Origin: Ostreococcus lucimarinus
Taxonomy: Eukaryota
DNA length: 64,000 nucleotides
Reading direction: 5' to 3' (one strand)
Assembly (NCBI GenBank): GCA_000092065.1
Contig: CP000588.1
Each line of letters begins with the position of its first letter. Position 1 is the stretch's first letter. The notes beneath the pieces were generated by a model. The model was not told the DNA's origin and made no database searches. It saw nothing but the letters and a program-made list of their open reading frames with translations. Below are positions 20,620-31,780 of the stretch, one piece after another. The position numbers and the translations under genes were made by a program.

Positions 20620-23600
20620 CTAGAAGAAATCTTGCAAGGCATCCATCACCAAGTCATTCTGTTGCAAGACTCTGACGGCGCCAACAGTCGCCTTCGCGCC
20701 AGCGATCGTCGTCACCATAGGAACCTTGAGGCCAACCGCGGTGCGACGGATCTCGCGACCATCCACCAAATCTTGAGCGTCACCAGACGAGGTGACAACC
20801 ATCAAACCAATCTCACCGTTGCGGATCATGTCACCAATATGAGGGCGGCCCTCGTGGACCTTCTTCACCTTGGTAACGGGAACGCCCGCGTTTTCTAAGT
20901 GGCTCGCCGTACCGCCGGTCGAGAGGACCGTATATTTCATGGCGACGAGGTCACGCGCTATGTCAACTATGGCATCCTTATCACCATCACGGACGGAGAT
21001 GAACACATTGCCAGAAGTTGGCAAACGTTGTCCAGCAGCGAGCTGCGCCTTGCAGTAGGCACGGCTGAAGTCCTTGTCGATGCCCATCACTTCACCGGTA
21101 CTTCTCATCTCCGGACCGAGCAACGTGTCGGCGCCCGGGAACTTATCGAACGGAAGAACCGCTTCCTTGACGGCGACGTGGTTGAGCTTCACTTCTTCCG
21201 TGAAGCCGATTTCCTTCAACGTTTTTCCCGCCATCACCAAAGAGGCATACTTCGCCAATGGGTGACCGATCGCCTTAGCAACAAACGGCACCGTACGAGA
21301 CGCACGAGGGTTTGCCTCAATAATATAAGGAGTGCCGTCCGGAGTCACGGCGTACTGAATGTTTATGAGACCAACAACTCCAAGTCGACGAGCAAGCTTA
21401 GGAGTCCATTCGCGGATAGTCGCCAAGGCAGATTCAGGGATGGTTTGGGTCGGCAAAGAGCACGCAGAGTCACCGGAGTGCACACCTGCCTGTTCGATAT
21501 GTTCCATGATCCCACCAATGACAACGTTGCCTTCCATGTCGCACAGAGCATCGCAATCAATTTCCGTCGCGTTTTGGAGGTACTTGTCAACGAGGACGGG
21601 TCGTTCCGGATCAACTTCCACCGCAGTGTTGATGTATCGCTTCAAATCGGCAGTAGAACCAACGATTTCCATCGCACGACCACCAAGAACATAAGACGGG
21701 CGAACCATGACCGGGTAACCGAGTTTTTCAGCCACCTTCAGCGCCTCTTCCTCGGAGCGAGCGACGCCGCCCGGGGGTTGAAGGATTTCAAGTTCATCCA
21801 AAATATCGATCCAACGCTCACGATCTTCAGCCGCATCGATGGAGTCCGGAGGCGTACCCAAAATCTTCGTGAAGCCGTTACCGGACGCCGCCGGAATCGG
21901 GTTCGCGTTTAGCGCGGCCTCAAGCTTCGTGGCAAGGCTCAACGGAGTTTGGCCGCCGAACTGCACGATAATGCCTTCCGGACGCTCAGTCTCGCACACG
22001 TTCAAGACATCTTCCACCGTCAAAGGTTCAAAGTACAAGCGATCAGAAGTGTCGTAGTCCGTCGACACAGTTTCTGGGTTACTGTTGAGCATAATAGTCT
22101 CAAAGCCTGCATCGGCAAGCGCGAACGCGGCGTGGCAGCAGCAGTAATCGAACTCGATACCTTGGCCAATACGGTTCGGGCCACCACCCAAAATGAGAAT
22201 CTTACGGTTGTTCGTCGGTTCGGCTTCATCATTTCCATCGTAGGAAGAGTACATATAAGGCGTGTCCGCTTGGAACTCCGCCGCGCAAGTATCGACGCGC
22301 TTCATCGACGGGACGCAGCCCTTGCCGGTGCGGGCCTTGCGGATAGTCATCTCATCCGTGCCAGGGAAAGCGACAGAGATTTGAGCGTCGCTGAAACCAC
22401 GTCTCTTGACTTCAAGCCAATCGTTTTCGCTAAGTTCATCGATCGACTTGAGCGACTTTAACCAACACTCGGTTTCGTAAAGTTCACCGAGTTGGCGAAC
22501 AAACCATGGGTCCATCGTCGTGAGGTTGATGATCTCCTTCTCCGTAAATCCAGCCAGGAACGCTTCGTGGATGGTCACAATTCTTTCAGGGTTCGGAATA
22601 GTAAGACCATCGCGAATGGCGGAGACATCACCTTGCATGAAGCCATCCTTCTTGCTGAGACCCCAACCAGAGAAGCCCGTCTCGAGAGAGCGGAACGCCT
22701 TTTGGAAGGACTCTTGCCAGGTGCGACCCATGGCCATCGCTTCACCGACGGACTTCATTTGAGTCGTGAGCACCGCCTTAGCACCCGGAAACTTCTCGAA
22801 AGCGAATCGAGGAATCTTAGTGATGACGTAATCGATCGACGGCTCAAACGACGCCGGCGTCTTGAGCGTAATATCGTTCGGGATGCCGTCGAGGGTGCAA
22901 CCGACCGCAAGCTTTGCAGCCATCTTAGCGATCGGAAAACCAGTCGCCTTGGAAGCCAAAGCAGAAGATCTAGACACGCGCGGGTTCATCTCGATAATCA
23001 TGACTTGACCATCGACTGGGTTGACAGCCATCTGCACGTTCGAACCACCGCACTCTACGCCGATCTCACGAATAATAGCAACCGAGGCATCGCGAAGACG
23101 CTGGTATTCCTTATCCGTGAGCGTCTCAGCCGGGGCAACAGTGATGGAATCACCGGTGTGCACGCCCATGGGATCGAAGTTTTCGATCGAGCACACGATG
23201 ACGACGTTGTCGGCAAGATCACGCATCACCTCGAGCTCGTACTCCTTCCAGCCGAGCAAAGATTGCTCAATCAAAACTTGGCTCGTCGCAGACGCATCGA
23301 GACCACCCTTGACGATGTTTTCAAACTCAGCCATGTTATACGCGATACCACCCCCAGAACCGCCGAGAGTGAAAGCAGGACGGATGATGAGCGGCATGGT
23401 GCCGATGTCCGCCGCGATGGTTTGCGCCTGCGCCCACGTCTCGGCTGTGCCAGACTTGGGCGTGTTCAAGCCAATCTTGTCCATCGCATCCTTAAAAAGC
23501 TGACGATCTTCAGCCTTGTTGATAGCATCAAGCTTAGCACCGATCAACTCGACGTTGTACTTGGCCAAAATCCCGGACTCCGCGAGCGCCTTGGTCAAGT

Positions 23601-24347
23601 TGAGCGCGGTTTGCCCGCCCATCGTCGGCAACAAGGCGTCCGGCTTTTCGCGCGCGATGATTTGCTCAACGCTCTCCGGCGACATCGGCGTCACATACGT
23701 GCGACTCGCCGTCTCTGGATCCGTCATAATCGTCGCCGGGTTCGAGTTCACGAGCACGACTTCGTATCCTTCGGCGCGCAACGCCTTGCACGCCTGGGTC
23801 CCAGAGTAATCAAACTCGCACGCCTACCAAAGTTCAAACTCGCACCACCGTCAGTCTTTCCGCGCCCGTGTCGAGACGACGAACGAAACACAATTAATTC
23901 TCACTAAACCGTTCGCGCCAATCCCCCGAAGCGTCGCTACCCCGCGCGTCGCTCCCTCGCGATCGCCCCCGCCGCGGTTTGAATATTTAAAAACGCGCCC
24001 GCGCTCGCGTTCGCGATCACCCCCTCCCATCCCGCGCCGTTCGCCTCTCCTCCCTCCCCGAGCGCGTCATCGCGCGCGCGCACCTGTCCGATCACGATCG
24101 GTCCCGCGCCCAGGATCATGATCTTCTTCAAGTCGGTTCTCTTTTGGCTCTTCGTCGCCTGATCCCACGCTCGAAAAACCTCGCTCTCGCCACCCATCGC
24201 GCGCGCCGCGTTCGCGACGCCGCGTTTGAGCGCGTTCGGGCGCGCGTTTCCGCGACTCGCGCGTTTCTTCTCGCGCGTGATCGAGTTTTTCCGCGCGAAC
24301 TCGCGTCGGAGCGCGACGCGCGCGGGGGCGAGCGCCATCGTCGCCAT
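20620..24347 (-). CDS. carB: Carbamoyl-phosphate synthase large subunit (CarB, bacterial/plastid type), two exons with a presequence.
   Basis: Exon 2 (23823..20620) is 1053 aa, collinear with CarB from [35 protein letters not shown] onward. Exon 1 (24347..24084) encodes MATMALAP... (presequence) up to ...[20 protein letters not shown]. Intron 23824..24083 has a GTGCGC donor, ACTGACGG branch and GGTAG acceptor. Confidence 0.9.
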
Positions 24348-24431
24348 CGACGCGGCGGCGCGCAGTGCGGCGCGGCGATCGCGGCGGGGCGATCGCGGGA
24401 CGCCTGGTGGCGTGCGCGACGATGGGGCACA

Positions 24432-24539
24432 CCGTCGGCGAGTCACGAACCGTCGACGAGTCACGAACCGTCGACGAGTCACGAACCGTCGACGAGTCAC
24501 GAACCGTCGGCGAGTCACGAACCGTCGGCGAGTCGGCGC
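24432..24539. repeat. Six tandem copies of an 18-bp unit (CGTCG[A/G]CGAGTCACGAAC).
   Basis: Directly visible. It lies about 85 bp upstream of the CarB ATG, within the divergent promoter/5'UTR region. No spacers, so not CRISPR. Confidence 0.85.
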
Positions 24540-24704
24540 GTCGTCCCCGCGGACGCCCGTCGCGCCGTCGGCCCGTCGCGCGCGGGGCGTCGCGCGCGCG
24601 CGACGCGCGCGCGATTCGTTCGCGGACGACGACGCGACGGCGCGACGCGCGACGCGCGAGGGGCGAACGTCGGACGCGTCGCCGGCGACGCGCGACGGAC
24701 GACG

Positions 24705-25367
24705 ATGGCGACGCGACGCGCGCGAGCGACGACGCGACAGCCGCGCGCGAAGGACGCCGCGGCGGACGCGGCGGACGCGCGCCGGGGGAAGGGCGCGGCG
24801 TCGACGCGGGAACCGCGACGGGCGGAGCTGCGCGCGGAGAAGGCGGCGCGATGGCCGATGTGCATGGCGATCGCGATCGAGAAGACGACGGTGGTGCGAG
24901 GGGTGGTCGTCGCGTGCGCGGCGGTGGCGCTGGCGGTGGCGCTGACGTTGATGGATTGGAGCGACGACGGGGCGGGGGCGTTTTTGAGAAAGATTCGATG
25001 GGCTCTGAACCCGTTGAGCGTGTTCGTGGCGTGCGAACTTAACGTTCTCATCACCGCGTTCGTGGTGTTGTTTCCGGTGACGTACGCGCAGGCGGCGATC
25101 GACGAGCGAGAGGGAGTGGAGGAGAGCGACACGCTGCGGTTGTTAAAACTGCCAGCCATCGTCGCGGAGTTCGCGGTCGGGAGCAAGGTGGCGATCGCGC
25201 GCTTGGGGGACGTCATCGTCAGAGATTTTTCGCTCTTCATGGTCGTTTACTTGTCGTTCGCTGGGTATTGGCTCGCGTTGGATGGCGATCCGATCGATAG
25301 CGGCGTCGGCGCGTCGAGCGTGCACGAAATGGAGGGCGGCGTCTCCGTGCACTCGTTGGTGCAATAG
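24705..25367 (+). CDS. Hypothetical membrane protein with an Arg/Ala-rich presequence.
   Basis: ATG at 24705 sits downstream of the divergent CarB exon 1. Hydrophobic helices VVVACAAVALAVALTLM and VLITAFVVLFPV. No family recognised. Confidence 0.3.
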   Translation: MATRRARATTRQPRAKDAAADAADARRGKGAASTREPRRAELRAEKAARWPMCMAIAIEKTTVVRGVVVACAAVALAVALTLMDWSDDGAGAFLRKIRWALNPLSVFVACELNVLITAFVVLFPVTYAQAAIDEREGVEESDTLRLLKLPAIVAEFAVGSKVAIARLGDVIVRDFSLFMVVYLSFAGYWLALDGDPIDSGVGASSVHEMEGGVSVHSLVQ

Positions 25368-25646
25368 ATGGACGCCGAGCGTCGACGATGAGGATCTAGT
25401 CGTACCATTAGCGTTGTATGAGATGTAATTTTTCGCGCAAATCAGCACGCTCGATTAATCATCGGTCGATCGGGTCGGCGCCGTCGCCGCACAGCGCGAC
25501 GCGGCGGCGAGCCGGTCGCGCGCATGCGCTGCGTCCTCGCATCGCAGCGCGCGAGTCAGACGGGGACATCAGTAACGCCATACCGCGTTCGTCGCACGCG
25601 CACCGCGTCTCGTATCCTCGCACGCTCGTCCTTCGGGTCCGTCGTC

Positions 25647-26181
25647 ATGAGTTCTGGCGAACACGAAATCGTTCGCTCGGGGACGTGTTTTTGCGAACAC
25701 GCCAAAGTCACGGTCACTGGATCCCCAGTGGCGGTGAGCATATGTCACTGCACGATCTGCCGCAAGCTCTGTGGGGCGCCGTTCTCCGCACAAGCGCTGT
25801 GTAAGGCGGAGCAAGTGAAGATCGAGCACGAGGGCGAACCGACGGCGACGGCTTCGAGCGCAAACGTTGATCGATGCCGGTGCGCAAAGTGTGGAAGCCC
25901 GATATACGCATCGTTGATGAAGGTACGACCGTAGATTGAAAATTAGAATTCGCCACCGTCATCGCGACGAAGCCGACTGACGCGCGTCGTCGCTTGAAAA
26001 ACAGGGAAAAATGATCGCCGTACCGCTCTCCGTGCTCAATACGCGCGCGAGCGACGACTTGAAGCCGACGCATCACATGTACTACGGACAGAGAATCGTG
26101 GAATGCGCGGGGGATGGTTTGCCCAAATTTTTAAAATCCAAGGGCGAGCTCTGGACGCCCGAAAGCGACGCAATGATGTAA
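25647..26181 (+). CDS. GFA/CENP-V family Zn-binding protein (Mss4-like fold), two exons.
   Basis: Cys ligand pattern CFCEH...CHCTICRK...CRCAKCGSP. The ORF ends just before a GTACGA donor (intron 25923..26004: ACTGACG branch, AACAG acceptor). Exon 2 (26005..26181) adds ...PTHHMYYGQRIVECAGDGLPKF..., the family's usual C-terminal region. An upstream alternative start is at 25524. Confidence 0.5.
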
Positions 26182-26322
26182 CAACAAAGCCCAAGCCCCC
26201 GAGCCCACCCAAGCCAGAGCGAAGCGAAGCACGAAGCGACGCACCGCCGCCGTCATTCGACGCCGCTCCGCGCGCGCGCCGTCGGGAATTCGCGCGACGC
26301 GCACGGACAGAGCGCGGTAATC

Positions 26323-27701
26323 ATGGGTGGGGGTTTAGGTACGTCGTTCGTCCGTCGTCGTTTCGTTCGTTCGTTCGCGTGCGGCCGCGTGGGTGCCGCT
26401 CGAAGACGTGAGAATCGTCTCAACTTTTGCGGCGACTGACCGCGCATTTTCGTTCGTTTGCGACAGCTTTTTTGCACAAGAAATCATGGCATACCGCGGG
26501 TATGGCGGTGCAGGAAGACGTGTGGAAGCGGGAGCAGCAGGCGGAGCACGAAAAACGACGGCTGGAGGAGATGAAGAAGGAAATTGAAGACGAGCGCAAG
26601 CAGGCGGAAATGAAAGCGGAGGCGGTTGCGTCGGGTCACGTGATGAAACCAACGCAAGAACGCTTGGAATTCATGTATAAAGGACGCGTTGGGGAAGCTG
26701 CTCCGGCTCCAGTATCTGTAGACGAGCGCGTGATTGGTAAGAAGCGGTTCGAGCTCGCGGTGGAGGAAGGGGCCAACTTGGCGGCGCAGGCAGAGGAGAG
26801 GCAGGAAGAGGCGCACTCGAAGAACGAAGCCTGGAACAGACTGAATGCCGATCCGTTGTTAGTGATGAAGCAGCGCGAGTTGCAGTCAAAGCAGTACATC
26901 ACGAATAATCCGGTGAAAATGGCACAATTGAAGGATGAAAGCCGGGCTGAGAAGGAGCGGAGGCGAGCAAAAAAGGAGGCAAGACGAGACAAAAAGCGTT
27001 CGAGCAAACGCGATAAACGCAGTAGAAAATGCGACTCAAGCTCGGAGTCGAGATCTCGCAGTAGAAGTCCGAAGAGAGAGCGTCGTAGACATCGTTCGCG
27101 CTCGCCACGTCACCGTAGTAGGCGCTCGCGATCCCGTTCTCGGTCTCGCAGCAGAAGCCCGAGGCGGTCAGACAGGCGAAGTAGAGACGATCGCGACCGA
27201 CGTGATCGACGCGATTTACGAGACAGCCGTGGCTATGACGACAAGTACGATCGTAAGAGGCACCGTGATGGAATTGCTCGCGACGATGCGCACGCACAAG
27301 ATGCGTCAAAAGGATTCGGGTTGACGTATGCCCATGAAACAGCCGAGGATGCGGCGGCTATTCGGCGAGGCAAACGATCAAAATGGCGCGAAGAAGAGGC
27401 AAAACGCGCGGCAGAGCGCGCACCAGAGCCGGAATGGCGAGGTGGAAACAACGCTGGTCATAGAACGGGAAGATTGACCGCTGAAGAAAAAGCCGCGCGA
27501 CTAGCCGCAATGTCGGCGGATGCTTCAGCGCACGACGAGGCGAGGATTTCAAAACTGCGCAAGAACGTCGGAGAATTAGGTGAAGAGATGAGTTTCGTGG
27601 AGGAAGCGGCGCGAGGACCCGATAGACACCATTCAGATGCGCCTGCGTTCATCGCGAAAGCGCGTTCATCCGTGTATGGCGAGCCGTCGTCAAGACGTTA
27701 G
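26323..27701 (+). CDS. Pre-mRNA splicing factor CWC25 homolog (Cir_N domain plus RS-rich tail), two exons.
   Basis: A 16-nt first exon (ATGGGTGGGGGTTTAG, MGGGL) is followed by GTACGT. Intron 26339..26466 has an ACTGAC branch and CGACAG acceptor. Exon 2 gives AFLHKKSWHTAGMAVQEDVWKREQ..., which matches the CWC25/Cir_N start MGGGDLNLKKSWHP...VWKAEQ. Downstream are LEFMYKG and an SR/RS-repeat region. Confidence 0.7.
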
Positions 27702-27922
27702 TGCGTTAGCGAGCGAGGAGCACTTGTAATTTTCATGGGATTTTAGGTTGTTATTGAGAGTTGCGTGGTGCGGTCCGCTGAAAAATGCACCCTAACTCGT
27801 TCTATGTTATTGATCTACGGTAGGTCTTGTGAATGAGACGTTCGATTTCCAAGCAGCAATCATTGTACACGTTCGATGTCTCAGGCATGCGAAACTCCGA
27901 GGGAAGAATCAGAGAAAAAATT

Positions 27923-28579
27923 TTAGTACATGGCGTTCGTCGGAACTTGTTGATCGAAATTCGGAACGGCCAGCTCATCGTCCATCATGCCGTCCATGGC
28001 AGCCCAATTCTCCGAGAATATGTCTCCCCAGAAATTGTTCTCATCCGCCGTGGATTTCTCCATGTGCTTGCGACCCTCCTCCTCGCCGAGCAAGCCTGTC
28101 ATGAAGTTCTCGAACACTCCCGGCGCCAAATCATCGATTGACGGCACGGTTGCGTCTTCAGAAGGCACAGATGCCTTCTGTTGTCTGTTGTACTTTCTCT
28201 GTGATGGTAAAAAACCGTAAAAAATAGTCAGTCTCTGAGTTCTCATTCGCCGCCTCATATGGACAAGTGAAGATAAACGACGCACCTTTCTCCCAACCTC
28301 CTCTTGCTCAAACTGCGGCACCGTGTGCTCGGCGGCGCTATCACTCGGAGACATTCTTGTCCCAGCTTCTTCACCCGCGCCCATCGCCTCGAGCTCGACT
28401 CTGGTGTTCGCGAACAAAAATCTCTGATGCTTCCTGGACGTCGCGTTCGCCTCGTGAATGCTCACGTCGCACACGCGGCACAAAAACGCCCGGTCCTCGT
28501 GACAAATCACGTACGCCGGATTCATTTGGCACACATCGCACGAAAGTTCGTCCGAGCCATTCCCACTCGCTTGTCTCAA
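27923..28579 (-). CDS. B-box zinc-finger protein (plant BBX-type). Contains an in-frame 87-nt intron; the start is unresolved.
   Basis: B-box signature CDVCQMNPAYVICHEDRAFLCRVCDVSIHEAN...KHQRF. Segment 28198..28284 has an AAG|GTGCGT donor, GACTGACT branch and a T-rich tract before CACAG, and is stop-free. The ORF track start at 28579 is TTG; the true ATG is probably in an unplaced upstream exon. Confidence 0.6.
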   Translation of the reverse strand: MRQASGNGSDELSCDVCQMNPAYVICHEDRAFLCRVCDVSIHEANATSRKHQRFLFANTRVELEAMGAGEEAGTRMSPSDSAAEHTVPQFEQEEVGRKVRRLSSLVHMRRRMRTQRLTIFYGFLPSQRKYNRQQKASVPSEDATVPSIDDLAPGVFENFMTGLLGEEEGRKHMEKSTADENNFWGDIFSENWAAMDGMMDDELAVPNFDQQVPTNAMY

Positions 28580-29418
28580 TCCGACGCGTTGCGTCGTCGA
28601 TCGTCCACTGCCGCGCTTCGCCGTTTGCCTGTTCGCTCGAAATAATCACCGCGGTCAGTCCAAGGCTCGTTGTGCGGCGGTAATCCAGCGCCACGCGCCG
28701 CGCTGATTATCCGCGCTTTTCCATCGCCGCGCATCGCCGTTCGCGTCGGATTCGCGCGCGGACGGTGGAGAGAATTTACGCGCATCGATCGCCCCGCGCG
28801 CGCGTCCACGCCCGCGCGCGCGCGCGCCGCGACGCGCGCGCCAACCCTCACCCAACCCATGGGTGCCTCGCGACCGCGGCGTTCGAATCCGCGACGCATC
28901 GCGCGCGTGCGCACCTCGTATCGCACCGCGCGCACGCGCACAGCGCGACGCCGGTTTGGGATTCCACGCGCACGACCGCCGCAGGGGCTTCCGCGCACGT
29001 TCCGCACATCACGTCCGGCATGACGCGCGAAAGATCGTTCGAAGTCGTCCGCGGACGGCTTTGCGTGTGCCGAAGTGCCGCGCGCGGTCGCGCGGCGTCG
29101 CGTCGCGTCCCGCGCGCGCTTCGTCGAGTCATGATCGGTCGATCGACCCACTCGAAAACCCACACTGAATCCGATCCCAAACGAGCGGCCGACGCGTTCC
29201 CGCGCGTTAGCGTTGATGGATAAGAATATACAGGGGGGACACGCGTTGAGTCACGATCGGCCGAACGACGCGCGGGAAAAAACTTTTTCCAAAAAAGGCG
29301 GCGCGAGGTCGTTAAATACGCGGGAAAAAGACGTTGGACTGTTGGAAAAGCGAAGCGCGACGGCGCGGTCGGTCGGTCGGTTGGGAGGGCGGCCGTCGTT
29401 GCAGAGACAAGGTTCTAT

Positions 29419-31659
29419 CTACGCCTCGAGCGCGCGCTCGAGGTCTTTGCTCGCGGCGTGGGCGATAACTTCGGGGAATAAGCTCACGATGAAGGCCTCC
29501 AAGGCGACGAAACCGATGTGACGACAGCACGTCGGGCTTTGGAGCAAGGAGTAGACGTCGAGCGCCGCTCTCGCGCTCGCGCGCGTTCCCATGATGGTTT
29601 GCACGGTTTCGTTCGTGAAGACGCCGAGCAAAGCTTGTCGAGCGGTTTCTGCTTCACGTGCCAAGCGAGCTGGGGTGTCTGGGGGATACGGCGACTCGGG
29701 CCAAACGACGCGACGAATCCACGAGAGCGCGCGCGCCATGGAACCGGCGCTGCGAAAGTCACGGAAACGCTTGCTAATCGATCGCTCGATGGAGAAAAAA
29801 AACTCAATTGTCTGACGCACCAAAGAAACGAGTGCGCGTCGCATCATCGGTTTCGAGCGCAACGTGAAGACGCACTCAAAGAGGTCGAGCACGGGTCCGT
29901 TCATGCAACTCTCAACCTCAGCCACGAAGGCGTCTTCGTCCTCGCCATCGCCGTTCGTCTCGGAAGCGCTCTCGCTTCGCGTCGTCTTCGACGTCGGCTC
30001 AATGGATGATGAGTTCACACTCGGTACCGTGGGTGTGGGTTCTTTGTACATGGACGACATCCGAGTGTGTCGCGGAGGCTTTTTTGAGCCAAGCGTCGGC
30101 GCTTCACCTGGCGCTCTATCTTCGTCAACAGTCTCCCCACCGCCCATTAAATCACTCGTTGAGTTCGAAACCATCGTTGCCATGCCCTCCATTGCTTCTG
30201 TCATGGTTTTCATGAGCTCGGGGGCGATGCTCCCACGGTCGGGATCGTAAATTCCTGGCCGCGCGTCTAAAAACGTAAACAGCTCGCTACTCTCCGCGAG
30301 ACTTTTGCTCGCCAGGATCGATTTCATGTACGTATCGAGTGCCTTTCTACGAGTTTCCATGAAAACACCGCTCAGAGATGTCCTTATCCACGATTTACTC
30401 GGGAACTCTAAACCGTTCGTGGCTTCTCTGTCGACGTCGCGAAGGCGTCGATGAAGCGTTTCAAAATTACGAAACCGCCGAGGGACAACCCAAGTTTGAT
30501 CTTCGTTCGTGTTCACAGTCACCAGATACACGGCATATGACGAACTTCCAGAACCCACGATCTCCGCACCCGTGATGCGAGCGGAGAGTTTGAAGTCTGA
30601 GTACAACCCTGTCAACGCTGCGTCGATGCTATCGCTCGCCGTTCGACTGTGAGTCGCCAACGCATTTGTCTCAGAACGTCGTTCAGAGACATTTGCCGAG
30701 TCATCAACAACCGTCGTGCCTTCAGATTCTATCGACAACATATCCTTGACTTCCTCTTCGTCGTAATCGACGTTTGTACCTGTCAAGTACAGAACACCTC
30801 GATTCGCCCATCTCGGCTCGGCGAATCGAAGAAGAGGCCTGAGCAATGAAACGACGATGAGTTCGCGCACGAGTGCGGTCGTGAGACCCGAAGCGAATTC
30901 ACCATCCATCAAAGCATCCGACATCACCAAAGATAGGGCTCGAAGCGCGCGTGTGGTCTCGATTTCGCCACTCACCGCCGGGTGAAGCTCTCCTTGCTTT
31001 CGCAAGACGCACGCCAATACGTCCTCCGCGTCTTCCGCGCAAAGCTTCCGGAATTCGGACTCACCCACCTCCTCGCGAGCACTACGATACGATTCTAAAC
31101 TCTGCGACAGCACGTCTGGAATTTCTCTCAACGCAAAAGACACCAGGTCCATCTCTCGCGCTCGTCGAGCTAGCTCTGCGAACGCACCATCGAGTATTAT
31201 TCGAATCGCATTCGGGACGTCCAAGTCATCCGTCATCGACTCGTACCACAACGAAACCACGTACTCCGTTATAATCTTTTCTCTCACTTCCCCCCACGCC
31301 GCAAAAACCTCCGGATAATCGCTCAAGAGTTCCTCCACCGACGCCTTAATATTCCTCGTCGCCGCCGCCTCGCGCGTCTCGTCGCCGCGCGTCGCCGCGC
31401 CCCAGCGCCTCTCCCTCCTGGATGACCGTCGTTCGCCACCCCTCGCGAGCGCGCTCGCGACCACGACGCACACCGCCGTCACGACGCTCGCCACGGGCGC
31501 GTTTCCCAGCGTCGATCGCGACGTTTTCGCCAGCGCGTGCGCGACCAGCGTCGTCATCGCGAGCGCGACGCCGAGCACCATCCTCAACTCGCGCGTCGTC
31601 TTCACGCCCAATCGCGCGCGCAGGACGCGCGCGACGCCATCGATCGCGTCGCGGGGCAT
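29419..31659 (-). CDS. Sorting nexin with PXA, PX and Nexin_C domains (SNX13/19/25-like).
   Basis: N-terminal TM helices, a PXA region (FAAWGEVREKIITEYVVSLWYESMTDD...) and a PX domain (YAVYLVTVNTNEDQTWVVPRRFRNFETLHRRL). Start chosen at MPRDAIDG (31659). An alternative ATG at 31782-31780 shares a CATG with the Rab5 start codon. Confidence 0.7.
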   Translation of the reverse strand: MPRDAIDGVARVLRARLGVKTTRELRMVLGVALAMTTLVAHALAKTSRSTLGNAPVASVVTAVCVVVASALARGGERRSSRRERRWGAATRGDETREAAATRNIKASVEELLSDYPEVFAAWGEVREKIITEYVVSLWYESMTDDLDVPNAIRIILDGAFAELARRAREMDLVSFALREIPDVLSQSLESYRSAREEVGESEFRKLCAEDAEDVLACVLRKQGELHPAVSGEIETTRALRALSLVMSDALMDGEFASGLTTALVRELIVVSLLRPLLRFAEPRWANRGVLYLTGTNVDYDEEEVKDMLSIESEGTTVVDDSANVSERRSETNALATHSRTASDSIDAALTGLYSDFKLSARITGAEIVGSGSSSYAVYLVTVNTNEDQTWVVPRRFRNFETLHRRLRDVDREATNGLEFPSKSWIRTSLSGVFMETRRKALDTYMKSILASKSLAESSELFTFLDARPGIYDPDRGSIAPELMKTMTEAMEGMATMVSNSTSDLMGGGETVDEDRAPGEAPTLGSKKPPRHTRMSSMYKEPTPTVPSVNSSSIEPTSKTTRSESASETNGDGEDEDAFVAEVESCMNGPVLDLFECVFTLRSKPMMRRALVSLVRQTIEFFFSIERSISKRFRDFRSAGSMARALSWIRRVVWPESPYPPDTPARLAREAETARQALLGVFTNETVQTIMGTRASARAALDVYSLLQSPTCCRHIGFVALEAFIVSLFPEVIAHAASKDLERALEA

Positions 31660-31780
31660 CGCGTCGTCGCGCGTCGCGCGTCGCGCGTCACCGCGTCGCG
31701 CGGTGACGACGCTCGTCGGCACAATCCGTCGCGTCGCGTCGTCCGCGTCGCGAGCGCGAACGAACACGACGGAGCGGAAC

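Noticed and set aside
20899-23907. Plus-strand ORFs of 337 and 471 aa inside the CarB locus.
   Set aside because: They are antisense to the highly conserved CarB coding sequence. High GC3 on the sense strand depletes stops in the antisense frames, which is a classic artefact.
23937-24518. Apparent N-terminal 'RRRFVTRRRFVT' peptide repeat on CarB, and 'SHEPSTSHEPST' in the opposite gene's frame.
   Set aside because: Both derive from the 18-bp x6 tandem repeat upstream of the real start codons. The conserved CarB N-terminus and presequence begin at the 24347 ATG.
24432-24539. Possible CRISPR-like array (short direct repeats).
   Set aside because: The repeats are contiguous with no spacers. 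The context is eukaryotic (introns, Rab, Mediator, TRAPP, LSm), and there are no cas genes.
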